From assembly GCF_024223415.1 (NCBI RefSeq), contig NZ_CP100500.1: a stretch of 64,000 nucleotides of DNA; one strand, written 5' to 3'. The notes under the pieces are model-generated. The model had not been told where the DNA came from. It worked only from the letters and a program-made list of their open reading frames with translations, and did not search any database. This stretch comes from Escherichia coli. GTDB taxonomy: Bacteria; Pseudomonadota; Gammaproteobacteria; Enterobacterales; Enterobacteriaceae. A program made the position numbers and the translations under genes. This document shows, piece after piece, positions 9,850-18,971 of this stretch (position 1 is its first letter; every line of letters begins with the position of its first letter).

Positions 9850-10945
9850 CAGACACTCCAGTCATGTTAAGTGTGATCGCCGTACAGTTTGCCCATTCGT
9901 TTTCTGCCACCACCCTCAGTGCCGGTGTCACCAGCTCAACCTGGTACACCCCGGAAACGGACAATGCACTGATAATCTGGCTGGGGACAATATCACGCCC
10001 CAGCGCGGTGGCACGTGATGCCACCCAGTTCTGTATGGCGCTGTTAGCGTTGTCCTTTACCAGCCTTGCATCCTGGTCACGATAGATCGTAATCCTGGCT
10101 TCAATGGTGTAATCCACCTTCACTGGTGTTTTAGCCCGCACGGTATCAGTGAGTGGTCTGACTTTTTCGTCCGAACAGAAACTCTCTACCAGCGTCAGAA
10201 CACCGCTGTCCGGCAGGCCGGTGCTCAGCAGCGGATAAATTTCTACTGTGCCGGGAACCGGGGAAAGTACAGCAACATCGACAATGCCGGGATGGGCCTG
10301 CATGGCATGAAAGCGGTATGCGCCACGGCTTCCGGCATTGGTGAATGACTCCGGGGCCAGCCTGATACGCTCCCGGAGCCTGTCATCGTCTTCCTGTTCT
10401 GAACCGCCGGAGCTGGCCGTCAGATTGCTCACCAGCAGGTCGACGTTATCAATCTCATCGAGTAACTGACTGACCTGCGCAGGTTGCCAGCCGTTACCAG
10501 CAGTACCGGGTTCGGTACAGGTGGCCGTGACATTGACCAGTAGCAATCCGGCCTTCAGTACCACATCTGTATCGGTGGCAAAAATAACGCTGTCGGAAGC
10601 GCTGACGCGGGTGCCTGCCGGGATCAGCACATCAATGGCCAGTGCCTCATCCACAGAGAACTGGAGCGTGGTGGTGGCAGGCTGCGCGGCAAGGCGGTAT
10701 ACACCGACCAGTTCACCGAGGTAATCAATCATCGGCTCACGGGCAAAGGCGACAAGATTCTGCTTTGCTGCCTCCTGTACCGCAACCCTGACCAGCATTT
10801 CGCGATAGGCCCACAGGTCAATCAGCAGACGTTCTGCCTGTGCCGGGTACAACGTTTTGCCGGTATCCGCTTCATATTTCGCAATTATTTCTGCCGTGAT
10901 TTTATCGGCATCGCGTTCAATAAAATCGGGTTCTGTCAGCGCCAT
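9842..10945 (-). CDS. baseplate J-like protein (Mu gp47-like)
   Basis: 367 aa; baseplate J family sequence and position. Confidence 0.85.
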   Translation of the reverse strand: MALTEPDFIERDADKITAEIIAKYEADTGKTLYPAQAERLLIDLWAYREMLVRVAVQEAAKQNLVAFAREPMIDYLGELVGVYRLAAQPATTTLQFSVDEALAIDVLIPAGTRVSASDSVIFATDTDVVLKAGLLLVNVTATCTEPGTAGNGWQPAQVSQLLDEIDNVDLLVSNLTASSGGSEQEDDDRLRERIRLAPESFTNAGSRGAYRFHAMQAHPGIVDVAVLSPVPGTVEIYPLLSTGLPDSGVLTLVESFCSDEKVRPLTDTVRAKTPVKVDYTIEARITIYRDQDARLVKDNANSAIQNWVASRATALGRDIVPSQIISALSVSGVYQVELVTPALRVVAENEWANCTAITLNMTGVSDD

Positions 10946-11283
10946 AGCAGCTCCTGAGTCCGGGTCTGTCCGTCTGAGCCTTTCCAGCTCACCCGGAGCG
11001 TAAGATGTTCGCCGTCGACGGCGGGTTTAACCGACATAAGCTGGCAGCGGGGTTCCCAGCGCCGGATGGCATCGACGGATTCGCGCACCACATGCGGAAT
11101 GGCCCGGTCTACAGGCCAGTCGATATAAAGATGCAGATTGCTGCCGAACTCCGGGCGATGCGGGTCGCTGCCGCGGGGAGTCCGCAGGATAATTTGAATC
11201 GCCTGCCGGATATCATCCAGCCCCCGGACAATTTCGCCGGGAGCCTGCAGGGCTGGTTGCCAGAATACTGAGGTGGTTTTCAT
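10936..11283 (-). CDS. baseplate protein, GPW/gp25 family (Mu gp46-like)
   Basis: 115 aa; family-typical sequence; overlaps J start. Confidence 0.8.
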   Translation of the reverse strand: MKTTSVFWQPALQAPGEIVRGLDDIRQAIQIILRTPRGSDPHRPEFGSNLHLYIDWPVDRAIPHVVRESVDAIRRWEPRCQLMSVKPAVDGEHLTLRVSWKGSDGQTRTQELLWR

Positions 11284-11339
11284 GGGGGCAGTATTGCCCC
11301 CGGGAAGTAAGCGCCGATATTAAAGGCGTTTAAGAAGGT

Positions 11340-11867
11340 TCAATGGGAATGGTGATTAGAGTTCTGACCATCAGCAAATATGTCACCCGTTGCATGGGCG
11401 CTTCCGTTGATTTCCAGATCACCATTGAGTGTCGCGTTGCCGTTGATTGTGGTAACTCCCGTGAGGTCAATGTCTTTCCCTTTGAGAGAGATATCAGCGG
11501 CAACCTCCACCACGATACGCTCAATACCTCCTCTGACCGTCAGCGTATGGGTCGCGCGGTTATAACTGAACTCCGCGCCATCAGCGTATTTCGTACCCCG
11601 GACGCTTTTATCACTGAACGGCGGTTTATCGACGTCTGAGTACACCGCGCCCAGAATAACACCGTCCTCGCCGTTGGCATCGAGCAGCACCTCAACCTGC
11701 TCCCCCACGTCAGGGAGCCAGTAATCCTTGTTATCCTGGGTATTGCGCTGCAGCACGTTAAGCCAGTTTGTGCGCAGGTTATCGCATTCAGGCAGACGAA
11801 CGCGGGCCTGAACCCTGTCGGCATCAACGGCACTGACCGTACCGACCTGACGAGTGACACCAGTCAT
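11340..11867 (-). CDS. baseplate assembly/spike protein (gpV-like, Mu gp45-like)
   Basis: 175 aa; N-terminal OB-like region then Gly/Asn-rich C-terminus. Confidence 0.75.
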   Translation of the reverse strand: MTGVTRQVGTVSAVDADRVQARVRLPECDNLRTNWLNVLQRNTQDNKDYWLPDVGEQVEVLLDANGEDGVILGAVYSDVDKPPFSDKSVRGTKYADGAEFSYNRATHTLTVRGGIERIVVEVAADISLKGKDIDLTGVTTINGNATLNGDLEINGSAHATGDIFADGQNSNHHSH

Positions 11868-13018
11868 TTTTTCTTCTCCTTAATCACCGTCGATGTACTG
11901 CCATCCGGGTGATAAACCGTGAGTTTCTGAGTTTTTTGTTTTTTCCCTCTTGTGACTGGCCCCCGTGCCACTTCCAGCTCTGTGGTGTAGCCGCTGTTAC
12001 GGTCAAACGCATGGCGGGCAGTGGTTATGAGCCATGGCCCGGATAACTGCCCAAAACCCACCAGTTCAATTTTGTTGCCTGCTGTCAGTTGAGGCGTTCC
12101 CGTCAGCGTCAGGGAGCCGTTCTGCTGGTATTCGTTATGTCTGGCCAGTGCTGAATCCGCTTTAATCCGGGCACTGTCCGGGTCGCTGACGCGGCTGTTA
12201 ACTTTAAGTGAGTCAGCGCTGGTAACCTTACCACCTTTGAGCTTTTTGTCGCTTTCACGGGTACCACCATCAGCTTCGTAGACGATCAGTTTTTTACTGC
12301 TGCTTTTCTGGTGTTTTACCTTTGCAGATTTATAGACCCGGTTGATGGTGTCACGCAGGGAAAAGCGGGCCACATCCTGCGGTTTTAACTGCCTGACCGG
12401 CTCCTGACTGCGCAGTGTGGCCAGATGAGAAAAAATCAACTGGTCACTGACCACTTTCACTGCATAACCATACTCGCTGGCCAGCCGGCGCAGAAAACCC
12501 ACGTCGGTTTCAGCATACTGGGTCACCCGGTCGATTCTGATGGACTCAATGCTGCCCACCAGTTTCAGTCGGTGCTTTCTGGCAATCCGCCCCGCAACAG
12601 CTGCCAGAGTGGTGTTCTCAAAACCACGGCTGGATTTAGTCCGCAGAGCACTGTTAACCGAGGTGGCCACCCCACGGATAGCGACAACGGACGCGGGCGA
12701 ACTCACTTCGATCTCGTCTATTGAGAATGTACCGCAGGACAGCAGTTTCTCGCCCTGATAACCCATTTTCAGCGTCAGCGTGTCACCCTTGCCCGGATAC
12801 CACTTATCCAGCCAGCGGCCATCGGTGTCGTCCAGCTCCACCTCAATGGTATCGGACTCATTTTTGATGTTATCGCTCCAGACCACACGGGTGACATAAG
12901 GCGCGATATCAGAGGTGATGTTTTTCTGCAGATACCACATAGTGAACACCGGCGTCAGCACCTCGCTGACGCCGGTTAACGCTGATGTGGCTTGCGCAGT
13001 GCTGTTTATCTCAGCCAT
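11864..13018 (-). CDS. tail/baseplate hub protein (P2 gpD-like, Mu P-like)
   Basis: 384 aa; conserved position after tail protein X. Confidence 0.75.
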   Translation of the reverse strand: MAEINSTAQATSALTGVSEVLTPVFTMWYLQKNITSDIAPYVTRVVWSDNIKNESDTIEVELDDTDGRWLDKWYPGKGDTLTLKMGYQGEKLLSCGTFSIDEIEVSSPASVVAIRGVATSVNSALRTKSSRGFENTTLAAVAGRIARKHRLKLVGSIESIRIDRVTQYAETDVGFLRRLASEYGYAVKVVSDQLIFSHLATLRSQEPVRQLKPQDVARFSLRDTINRVYKSAKVKHQKSSSKKLIVYEADGGTRESDKKLKGGKVTSADSLKVNSRVSDPDSARIKADSALARHNEYQQNGSLTLTGTPQLTAGNKIELVGFGQLSGPWLITTARHAFDRNSGYTTELEVARGPVTRGKKQKTQKLTVYHPDGSTSTVIKEKKK

Positions 13019-13221
13019 GGGGCAATATCCTCTTCTGTACGGGCATCTTCAGCCTCAATAACCGGGATCAGTAACAACAACCCGGAGGGCAGCACCGGCG
13101 TGATAGCCACGTGCGGATTGGCTGCAATAATCCGGGGATAGCCCAGCGGGTCACCGTAGTACTGCCATGCCAGCGAATCCCAGCGCTCTCCGTCACGGGT
13201 AATATGTTCAAGAAACATCAC
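13006..13221 (-). CDS. tail protein X-like
   Basis: 71 aa; small protein between gpU-like and gpD-like genes. Confidence 0.7.
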   Translation of the reverse strand: MMFLEHITRDGERWDSLAWQYYGDPLGYPRIIAANPHVAITPVLPSGLLLLIPVIEAEDARTEEDIAPWLR

Positions 13222-14102
13222 ACACTCCTCGTCAGTATTCTGGCGGCCATTGCACTTAATCGCGGAGACATGCGGTTGAATGCTGTGCCGGCGGCGTTAA
13301 GCTGCCCGGAAACGGTATCCAGAGCACCTGCAATATTTCTTTTGTCCACACCACTCAGCGCAGACTGTGCCTGCTGTATATACGTGGCTGCTTCGCTGGC
13401 TGTTCTGGCCAGACTGATGGCATCGGGCATGGATTCAGAGAGTGCATTAAATGCCGGCACACTTTTCCCCAGAGCGCCGGATATATTACCCAGTCCGCTC
13501 ATCAGTCCCGGCACACGGGTCAGCGCGACAACGGGGTTATCCTTCATTTTCTGCGCCACCCGAACGGCACTGATGGTGGTCTGGAGTACAGACTGCGCCT
13601 GTTTCGCATAGTTGACACCGTTGCGGATGAACTGTGCCCCCCCGGAAGGCGATGGAACGGCACCAGATACGGCCCCGGCACCGGGAACCTGCCTGCGTAT
13701 TGCCGGTGGTTTCAGGGGATTCTTCGGGTCACCGGTGTATTCCCGGAGAGACACGGTTGCGCTGACAGCCAGTACGTTGCCGGTACTGTCAGTCTGCTCG
13801 CTGGTTGCAGTCACATCGGTAATCACGAACCAGGCGCGATAGTCACCGTTGCCGAAGACCAGCGCCAGTGCCTGATGGGCTTTCATGGCTGCCCGAAGTC
13901 TCGCCAGCTCCACGTCGGGCACACAATAATGCTGATGGAAGACCAGACTTATCTGGATTTCGTCCAGCCTGTCGCCGACGAACTGCAGACCGGGCTTACT
14001 CCCGATGCGGGCATGCTCCGCATAATCGACGCCAGACGTGGCCTCGAAGCCGTCCCAGTAGGTAATCAGCTCAAACTCAATATCACCCAGTACGGCAAAC
14101 AT
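13218..14102 (-). CDS. tail protein (P2 gpU-like / Mu N-like)
   Basis: 294 aa; immediately downstream of the tape measure gene. Confidence 0.65.
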   Translation of the reverse strand: MFAVLGDIEFELITYWDGFEATSGVDYAEHARIGSKPGLQFVGDRLDEIQISLVFHQHYCVPDVELARLRAAMKAHQALALVFGNGDYRAWFVITDVTATSEQTDSTGNVLAVSATVSLREYTGDPKNPLKPPAIRRQVPGAGAVSGAVPSPSGGAQFIRNGVNYAKQAQSVLQTTISAVRVAQKMKDNPVVALTRVPGLMSGLGNISGALGKSVPAFNALSESMPDAISLARTASEAATYIQQAQSALSGVDKRNIAGALDTVSGQLNAAGTAFNRMSPRLSAMAARILTRSV

Positions 14103-17100
14103 CAGCGGTACTCCTTACGTTGTTTCTGAGCCAGCAGACGCTCCAGCATTTTTTCCAGCTCATGCAGACTCATATTCAGGGCACCAGTCAGTCCTGCAGG
14201 CGCTGTGGTTTCCCTGCCATTGAGGAAAAACTGAGGATTAAAGCTGACCTGGATACCACCAGACGTTCCACCGCCGGTTGCAGCTGCACCACGGCCTGAA
14301 TATCCGGCAGCCAGGATTTCAGGCGAGGGGATACGGGGAATATCCGGTGCCATCTCATTTGCCAGACGTTGCCCTGGTAAAATCGATGCCCGGGTGGAGA
14401 GCGGAATAGCGGGCATGGAAGACAAACTATTGATTACGGCTCCGATCGCATTTTTAGCAGACGACATAAACCCATTGATATCGGGCAACGGCATACTGAA
14501 GCGAACACCTGAAGTGTTATCCCGTATTTCTGGCCCCTGAATGCTCACGGGCATTTTGGGGAGCAGTTCACTGGCCATTCGCTGCCCGGCCAGAGCTGCA
14601 AGCGGAGTAGTCCGCTGCAGGCCAATGGCGGCCCCCTGCGCGATATTGTCGCCAAAGACCATAAACACGCGGCTCGGCGAATGAATGCCCAGCTTTTCGC
14701 TGAACCAGCCACTGATGCTGTCACCCATTCCGGTTACACTGGATTTGAGCGACTCCCATTTGTTTTTGATACCGTTAATCAGACCATCGACAAGATGGCC
14801 ACCGAAGTCGGTAAACTTTGCCGGCAGATCAACACCAAGATATTTCATCGCAGCTGCAAAGGCTTTATAGAGCAGACCTGCCGGCGACCAGTTAATCAGC
14901 AACTTACCAGTTCCCACAATGCCGCCGTTAAAGGCTTCCTGAATGTCAGCCCAGCACTGTTTAAACCAGCTACTGATGCTGTCACCCATTCCGGTTACAC
15001 TGGATTTGAGCGACCCCCATTTGTTTTTGATACCGTTAATCAGACCGTCGACAAGATGGCCACCGAAGTCGGTGAACTTTGCCGGCAGAGCAACGCCGAA
15101 ATATTTCAGCGCAGCTGCAAAGGCTTTATAGAGCAGGCCTGCCGGCGACCAGTTAATCAGCAACTTACCAGTTCCCACAATGCCGCCGTTAAAGGCTTCC
15201 TGAATGTCAGCCCAGCACTGTTTAAACCAGCTACTGATGCTGTCACCCATTCCGGTTACACTGGATTTGAGCGACCCCCATTTGTTTTTGATACCGTTAA
15301 TCAGACCGTCGACAAGATGGCCACCGAAGTCGGTGAACTTTGCCGGCAGAGCAACGCCGAAATATTTCAGCGCAGCTGCAAAGGCTTTATAGAGCAGGCC
15401 TGCCGGCGACCAGTTAATCAGCAACTTACCAGTTCCCACAATGCCGCCGTTAAAGGCTTCCTGAATGTCAGCCCAGCACTGTTTAAACCAGCTACTGATG
15501 CTGTCACCCATTCCGGTTACACTGGATTTGAGCGACCCCCATTTGTTTTTGATACCGTTAATCAGACCGTCGATAAGATGGCCACCGAAGTCGGTGAACT
15601 TTGCCGGCAGAGCAACGCCGAAATATTTCAGCGCAGCTGCAAAGGCTTTATAGAGCAGACCTGCCGGCGACCAGTTAATCAGCAGCTTACCAGTTCCCGC
15701 GATACCGCCGTTAAAGGCTTCCTGAATGTCAGCCCAGCGCTGTTTAAACCAGCCACTGACTGCCCCCCAGTTGCGGTAGATAAGGTAAGCTGCTGCCGCG
15801 ACAGCGGTGATAACGAGACCGATGGGATTCATCATCAGCGCCCGGCCAATCCAGAGAACGGCACGCCCGGCGATCATAATGCCGCGAACCAGTCCCCCGG
15901 AGAGCACACCACCCAGTGTTCTGACTCCTCTGGCGACGGCACCAAAGCCGGTCACCAACCAGCGAAGCTTACCGCCTTCCCCCAGTGCAAGCGTCAGACG
16001 AAGCCAGTTGGTCCGGAGTAAAACAGCAGTTTTCCAGACGTTCACAAAGGGGGAAATAAGGAGATTCAGCCCCAGTTTGAGACCAATAGTCGCTATCTTA
16101 ATCGCAAGGAGCGCACTGATGAGCTTAAAAGCCCCACTGACAAATTGCGGGTGAGTCGCCACCCAGTGTTTTGCCCCCTGAATGACTGGGATCAGCTCCT
16201 GAGTCAGAGAAATAAAAGAAGGGGCGAGCTGATCGCCCAGCGTAATAGCCAGATCGCGACTGCTGACCATAAGCGCTTTAGTGGCTTCAAGGGGAGATTT
16301 CAGCCGCTGATCGTAAGCACTGGCAAGCAAATCGTTATCCGCAGCCCTGAGAGCACCGGCACGGATCTCGCGATATCTGTCCATGTTGGCCAGCATCGGG
16401 CGGATAAATGCCATGACCTGCATATCCGCGAACATATCGCCCAGACCAAAGTTTTTCGCCAGAGCCTGAAGTGCCTCATCTCTTGCCGTATCATTCTTTA
16501 TTTTCATGGCGGATTTGAAGCCGGCCAGCGCTTCGGGGCTTTTGGCATTGAGGTAACGTTCTATAACACTCAACATCCCTTCAATCGGAGAGATCCCCGC
16601 AGCCTTATAACTCGCAACAGAACCCTGCAAATCAATACCCAGATCAGCAAACTGTTTCTGAGTATCGCGGGCAAAAATTTTGGTAAGAAAGTTTTTAAAA
16701 TTATTGGCTGCTTCGTCGGTGGAGCCCGCACCGATTTTTGCTACCTGGAGACTGGCCCCGATTTCAGCAACAGCCTCTTTTCCACTGGCAATACCCGCCA
16801 TCATTGGGGCCAGGGACTGCATCCACTTGACCTGATCCGGGATTTCAAATGACCCCTGGTCACCGGCATAAGCCATAATATTCTGGACGGCACTAAAATC
16901 TCTGGCGGCACCTTTCAGGGAGTTTTGCCAGACTGCGGCCACTTTTGCCCAGTCCTGAGATGACGTGCGTGTTGCCGTTGCCGCGCGGGCAATATCCGGC
17001 ATCAGAAAACCGATATCTGACAAGTTATCAATATTGTCGCTGATGAGCGAACCCACCGCCTCCTGCAGTTCATCCTGATACTGATTGTATTTTAGCGCCC

Positions 17101-17575
17101 AGCCTTTTATCTGTCCGGCAAGTGCATCCCGCGTTTTATTGTCATATTTTGCGGTGATCGACATATCAATCATTTTGTCCTGAAAAGACATGGACTGCTG
17201 AACGGCAGGGGAAACCGTATGATAAACAGTCTGTGCCATGCCATACGCTTCAATCCCCTGACCATACAGCGCCATGCGGTTAGCTTTCAGCGCATCACTG
17301 GTGGCTGATGCCGCTGACAGACGGCGCTGCTGGCGCTCAATTTGCTCCATGGTGCGGCTTACCCGCAGCAGCTCGCTGTTGAGATGCTGCATCCGGGAAG
17401 AGCCCAGTTGACCATAACGTTCTGTTGCACGGGTTAAAGCGTTCTGACGTTCCTGCAGGCGGCGTGAGGTATCGCTCAGGGAATCAAGCGCACGGCGGGT
17501 ACCGCTCATTGCAGAACGGAATGTGCTGCCAATCATCCCGCCGATAACAACGCCGACTGAAAACTGTCCCGACAT
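14102..17575 (-). CDS. tail tape measure protein with five tandem 87-aa repeats
   Basis: About 1157 aa; coiled-coil N-terminus, hydrophobic core, repeated WFKQCWADIQEAFNGG... unit; start taken at ATG 17575 with GGAGG RBS (track ORF extends to 17635). Confidence 0.85.
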   Translation of the reverse strand: MSGQFSVGVVIGGMIGSTFRSAMSGTRRALDSLSDTSRRLQERQNALTRATERYGQLGSSRMQHLNSELLRVSRTMEQIERQQRRLSAASATSDALKANRMALYGQGIEAYGMAQTVYHTVSPAVQQSMSFQDKMIDMSITAKYDNKTRDALAGQIKGWALKYNQYQDELQEAVGSLISDNIDNLSDIGFLMPDIARAATATRTSSQDWAKVAAVWQNSLKGAARDFSAVQNIMAYAGDQGSFEIPDQVKWMQSLAPMMAGIASGKEAVAEIGASLQVAKIGAGSTDEAANNFKNFLTKIFARDTQKQFADLGIDLQGSVASYKAAGISPIEGMLSVIERYLNAKSPEALAGFKSAMKIKNDTARDEALQALAKNFGLGDMFADMQVMAFIRPMLANMDRYREIRAGALRAADNDLLASAYDQRLKSPLEATKALMVSSRDLAITLGDQLAPSFISLTQELIPVIQGAKHWVATHPQFVSGAFKLISALLAIKIATIGLKLGLNLLISPFVNVWKTAVLLRTNWLRLTLALGEGGKLRWLVTGFGAVARGVRTLGGVLSGGLVRGIMIAGRAVLWIGRALMMNPIGLVITAVAAAAYLIYRNWGAVSGWFKQRWADIQEAFNGGIAGTGKLLINWSPAGLLYKAFAAALKYFGVALPAKFTDFGGHLIDGLINGIKNKWGSLKSSVTGMGDSISSWFKQCWADIQEAFNGGIVGTGKLLINWSPAGLLYKAFAAALKYFGVALPAKFTDFGGHLVDGLINGIKNKWGSLKSSVTGMGDSISSWFKQCWADIQEAFNGGIVGTGKLLINWSPAGLLYKAFAAALKYFGVALPAKFTDFGGHLVDGLINGIKNKWGSLKSSVTGMGDSISSWFKQCWADIQEAFNGGIVGTGKLLINWSPAGLLYKAFAAAMKYLGVDLPAKFTDFGGHLVDGLINGIKNKWESLKSSVTGMGDSISGWFSEKLGIHSPSRVFMVFGDNIAQGAAIGLQRTTPLAALAGQRMASELLPKMPVSIQGPEIRDNTSGVRFSMPLPDINGFMSSAKNAIGAVINSLSSMPAIPLSTRASILPGQRLANEMAPDIPRIPSPEILAAGYSGRGAAATGGGTSGGIQVSFNPQFFLNGRETTAPAGLTGALNMSLHELEKMLERLLAQKQRKEYR
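14640..15750 (-). repeat. in-frame tandem repeat, 261-bp unit, about 4.5 copies
   Basis: Antisense ORFs at 14685, 14943, 15204 and 15465 are near-identical; sense strand repeats an 87-aa unit. Confidence 0.7.
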
Positions 17576-17650
17576 AGTGGTTAACCTCCGGGGAAGGTGA
17601 AAAGACGTGAGGGGATAACGCAGAACAGCCGCCACTGGCGGCTGTCTGTA

Positions 17651-17735
17651 CTACGATTTGTCGCCGTACTCGCTTTTGATTTGCTCTTCAGCCTGCTCCA
17701 GCCACATCTCCAGATCGTCAGTATCGAGGGCATCA
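17651..17735 (-). other. frameshift extension of the tail assembly chaperone (+1, equivalent to -2, frame)
   Basis: Overlapping ORF 17651-17908 is offset by +1 from the chaperone frame; a GGGGG run lies just before the chaperone stop. Confidence 0.5.
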
Positions 17736-18068
17736 ATCTCCCCCGGCTGAAACCGGAACCATCTCGCCAGCAGCCCCTGCGCCTGCGTCAGCGCCCTGGT
17801 TGCTCTCACCCATCCCCGTGATGAGCTGAAATCGTTTCTGTAACTGCAGGTAATCAGCCAGATCCATATTGTCGAGATCTTCCGGGAGAAGACCAGTACT
17901 GCGGGCAATCAGCGGTTCGTCCCAGTCTGCCGGGTTTTTGCTGATTTTGCGCACCTGCTTCAGGTCTTTTACCGTCAGGCGTTTCAGTTCAACCTGCTCA
18001 ATTCTGGTGCCTGCAGCAGTGGTGAAGGGATAAGACAATTTAAAAGTATCGGATGGGGTCTGTGACAT
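17733..18068 (-). CDS. tail assembly chaperone (P2 gpE-like)
   Basis: 111 aa; sits between tube and tape measure genes as in P2/Mu tails. Confidence 0.7.
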   Translation of the reverse strand: MSQTPSDTFKLSYPFTTAAGTRIEQVELKRLTVKDLKQVRKISKNPADWDEPLIARSTGLLPEDLDNMDLADYLQLQKRFQLITGMGESNQGADAGAGAAGEMVPVSAGGD

Positions 18069-18165
18069 GATTGTGCTCCTGTGTAAGTTCAGGGCAGTAT
18101 GTCGGGAGAAGCGCGTGACGGATATTAAAGGAGATTAAGAAGAAGGGGCCGGAGCCCCTGTGATG

Positions 18166-18447
18166 TCAGCAAGTGCGAAAACCCTTGCAGTTACGCAGGA
18201 AAGCGATGAGAAGCGTCTTTCCCTCAGATTTGCCGGTGCCGGAGAACCAGTGGTCAGGCGGCTCCCATGCTTCAATCAAATCGGCCAGTTTGCGGGCCTT
18301 TGAACGTGTGCAGTCAATCGGGTCATTCGTTTTCTGTGTATTAAACAGCGTTTCAACCCCGGGAATATCCAGGATTGCAAACCACGTACCGTTTGACATG
18401 CCCAGTGACGCACAGCGCCCCCCTTTGTCAGTCAGTTCAACGCTCAC
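18166..18447 (-). CDS. hypothetical protein
   Basis: 93-aa ORF with GTG start and GGAGG RBS 6 nt upstream, between tube and chaperone genes. Confidence 0.5.
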   Translation of the reverse strand: MSVELTDKGGRCASLGMSNGTWFAILDIPGVETLFNTQKTNDPIDCTRSKARKLADLIEAWEPPDHWFSGTGKSEGKTLLIAFLRNCKGFRTC

Positions 18448-18449
18448 CG

Positions 18450-18971
18450 TCAGCCTCCGATATTGATACGGTAGTCAGTCAGTTGATCAACGCCACCGAC
18501 GCGGAAGATGTTAGCCAGGTAGTCCAGTTGCAGCAGCTCTTCACCATCCAGTACCTGTCTGATATACGTGCAGGTGAAGCTACTGGAGAACTCGGCGTTC
18601 TCGTGCTGTTTGAACGTCCCCAGCGGGTTCTTCTTGAACATAATCGTCAGGAAGGTGACCAGCGGGATTTCGTCAATCAGCCCCTGCGAGCTGTAGCGCT
18701 GGACGCTGGAGCGACACTGCAGTGCCAGAGACCTGTACGGGTTCGCGACAGACAGCATCGCATCGCGGTAAAAGCTGTTCCATTTGATTTCGCCTTCCAG
18801 TTTGTCAAAACCAGCCGGGAGTTCCACCTTACCCACCATCCCCAGCGCCTTGTGTTCCTGCATAATCATGGAGACATCGGGGAGTTTAACTTCCTCAGCC
18901 CGTCCCAGCAGGTTAGTACCATCCAGATAGATGTTGGCATTCGTGATGCGGTTTATCTCAATCTTTGACAT
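18450..18971 (-). CDS. major tail tube protein (Mu M-like)
   Basis: 173 aa; start overlaps sheath stop (ATGA). Confidence 0.8.
   Translation of the reverse strand: MSKIEINRITNANIYLDGTNLLGRAEEVKLPDVSMIMQEHKALGMVGKVELPAGFDKLEGEIKWNSFYRDAMLSVANPYRSLALQCRSSVQRYSSQGLIDEIPLVTFLTIMFKKNPLGTFKQHENAEFSSSFTCTYIRQVLDGEELLQLDYLANIFRVGGVDQLTDYRINIGG

Noticed and set aside
7985-15750. Possible CRISPR arrays suggested by strictly periodic repeats
   Set aside because: Repeat units are 261 and 300 bp, contiguous without spacers, and maintain a protein reading frame; these are coding tandem duplications.
14681-16021. 446-aa plus-strand ORF and nested 62-aa ORFs
   Set aside because: Antisense to the tape measure gene; the periodicity comes from the 261-bp coding repeats of the real gene.
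17651-17908. Independent 85-aa gene overlapping the tail chaperone
   Set aside because: Its N-terminal two-thirds merely overlaps the chaperone in another frame; treated as a frameshift extension instead.
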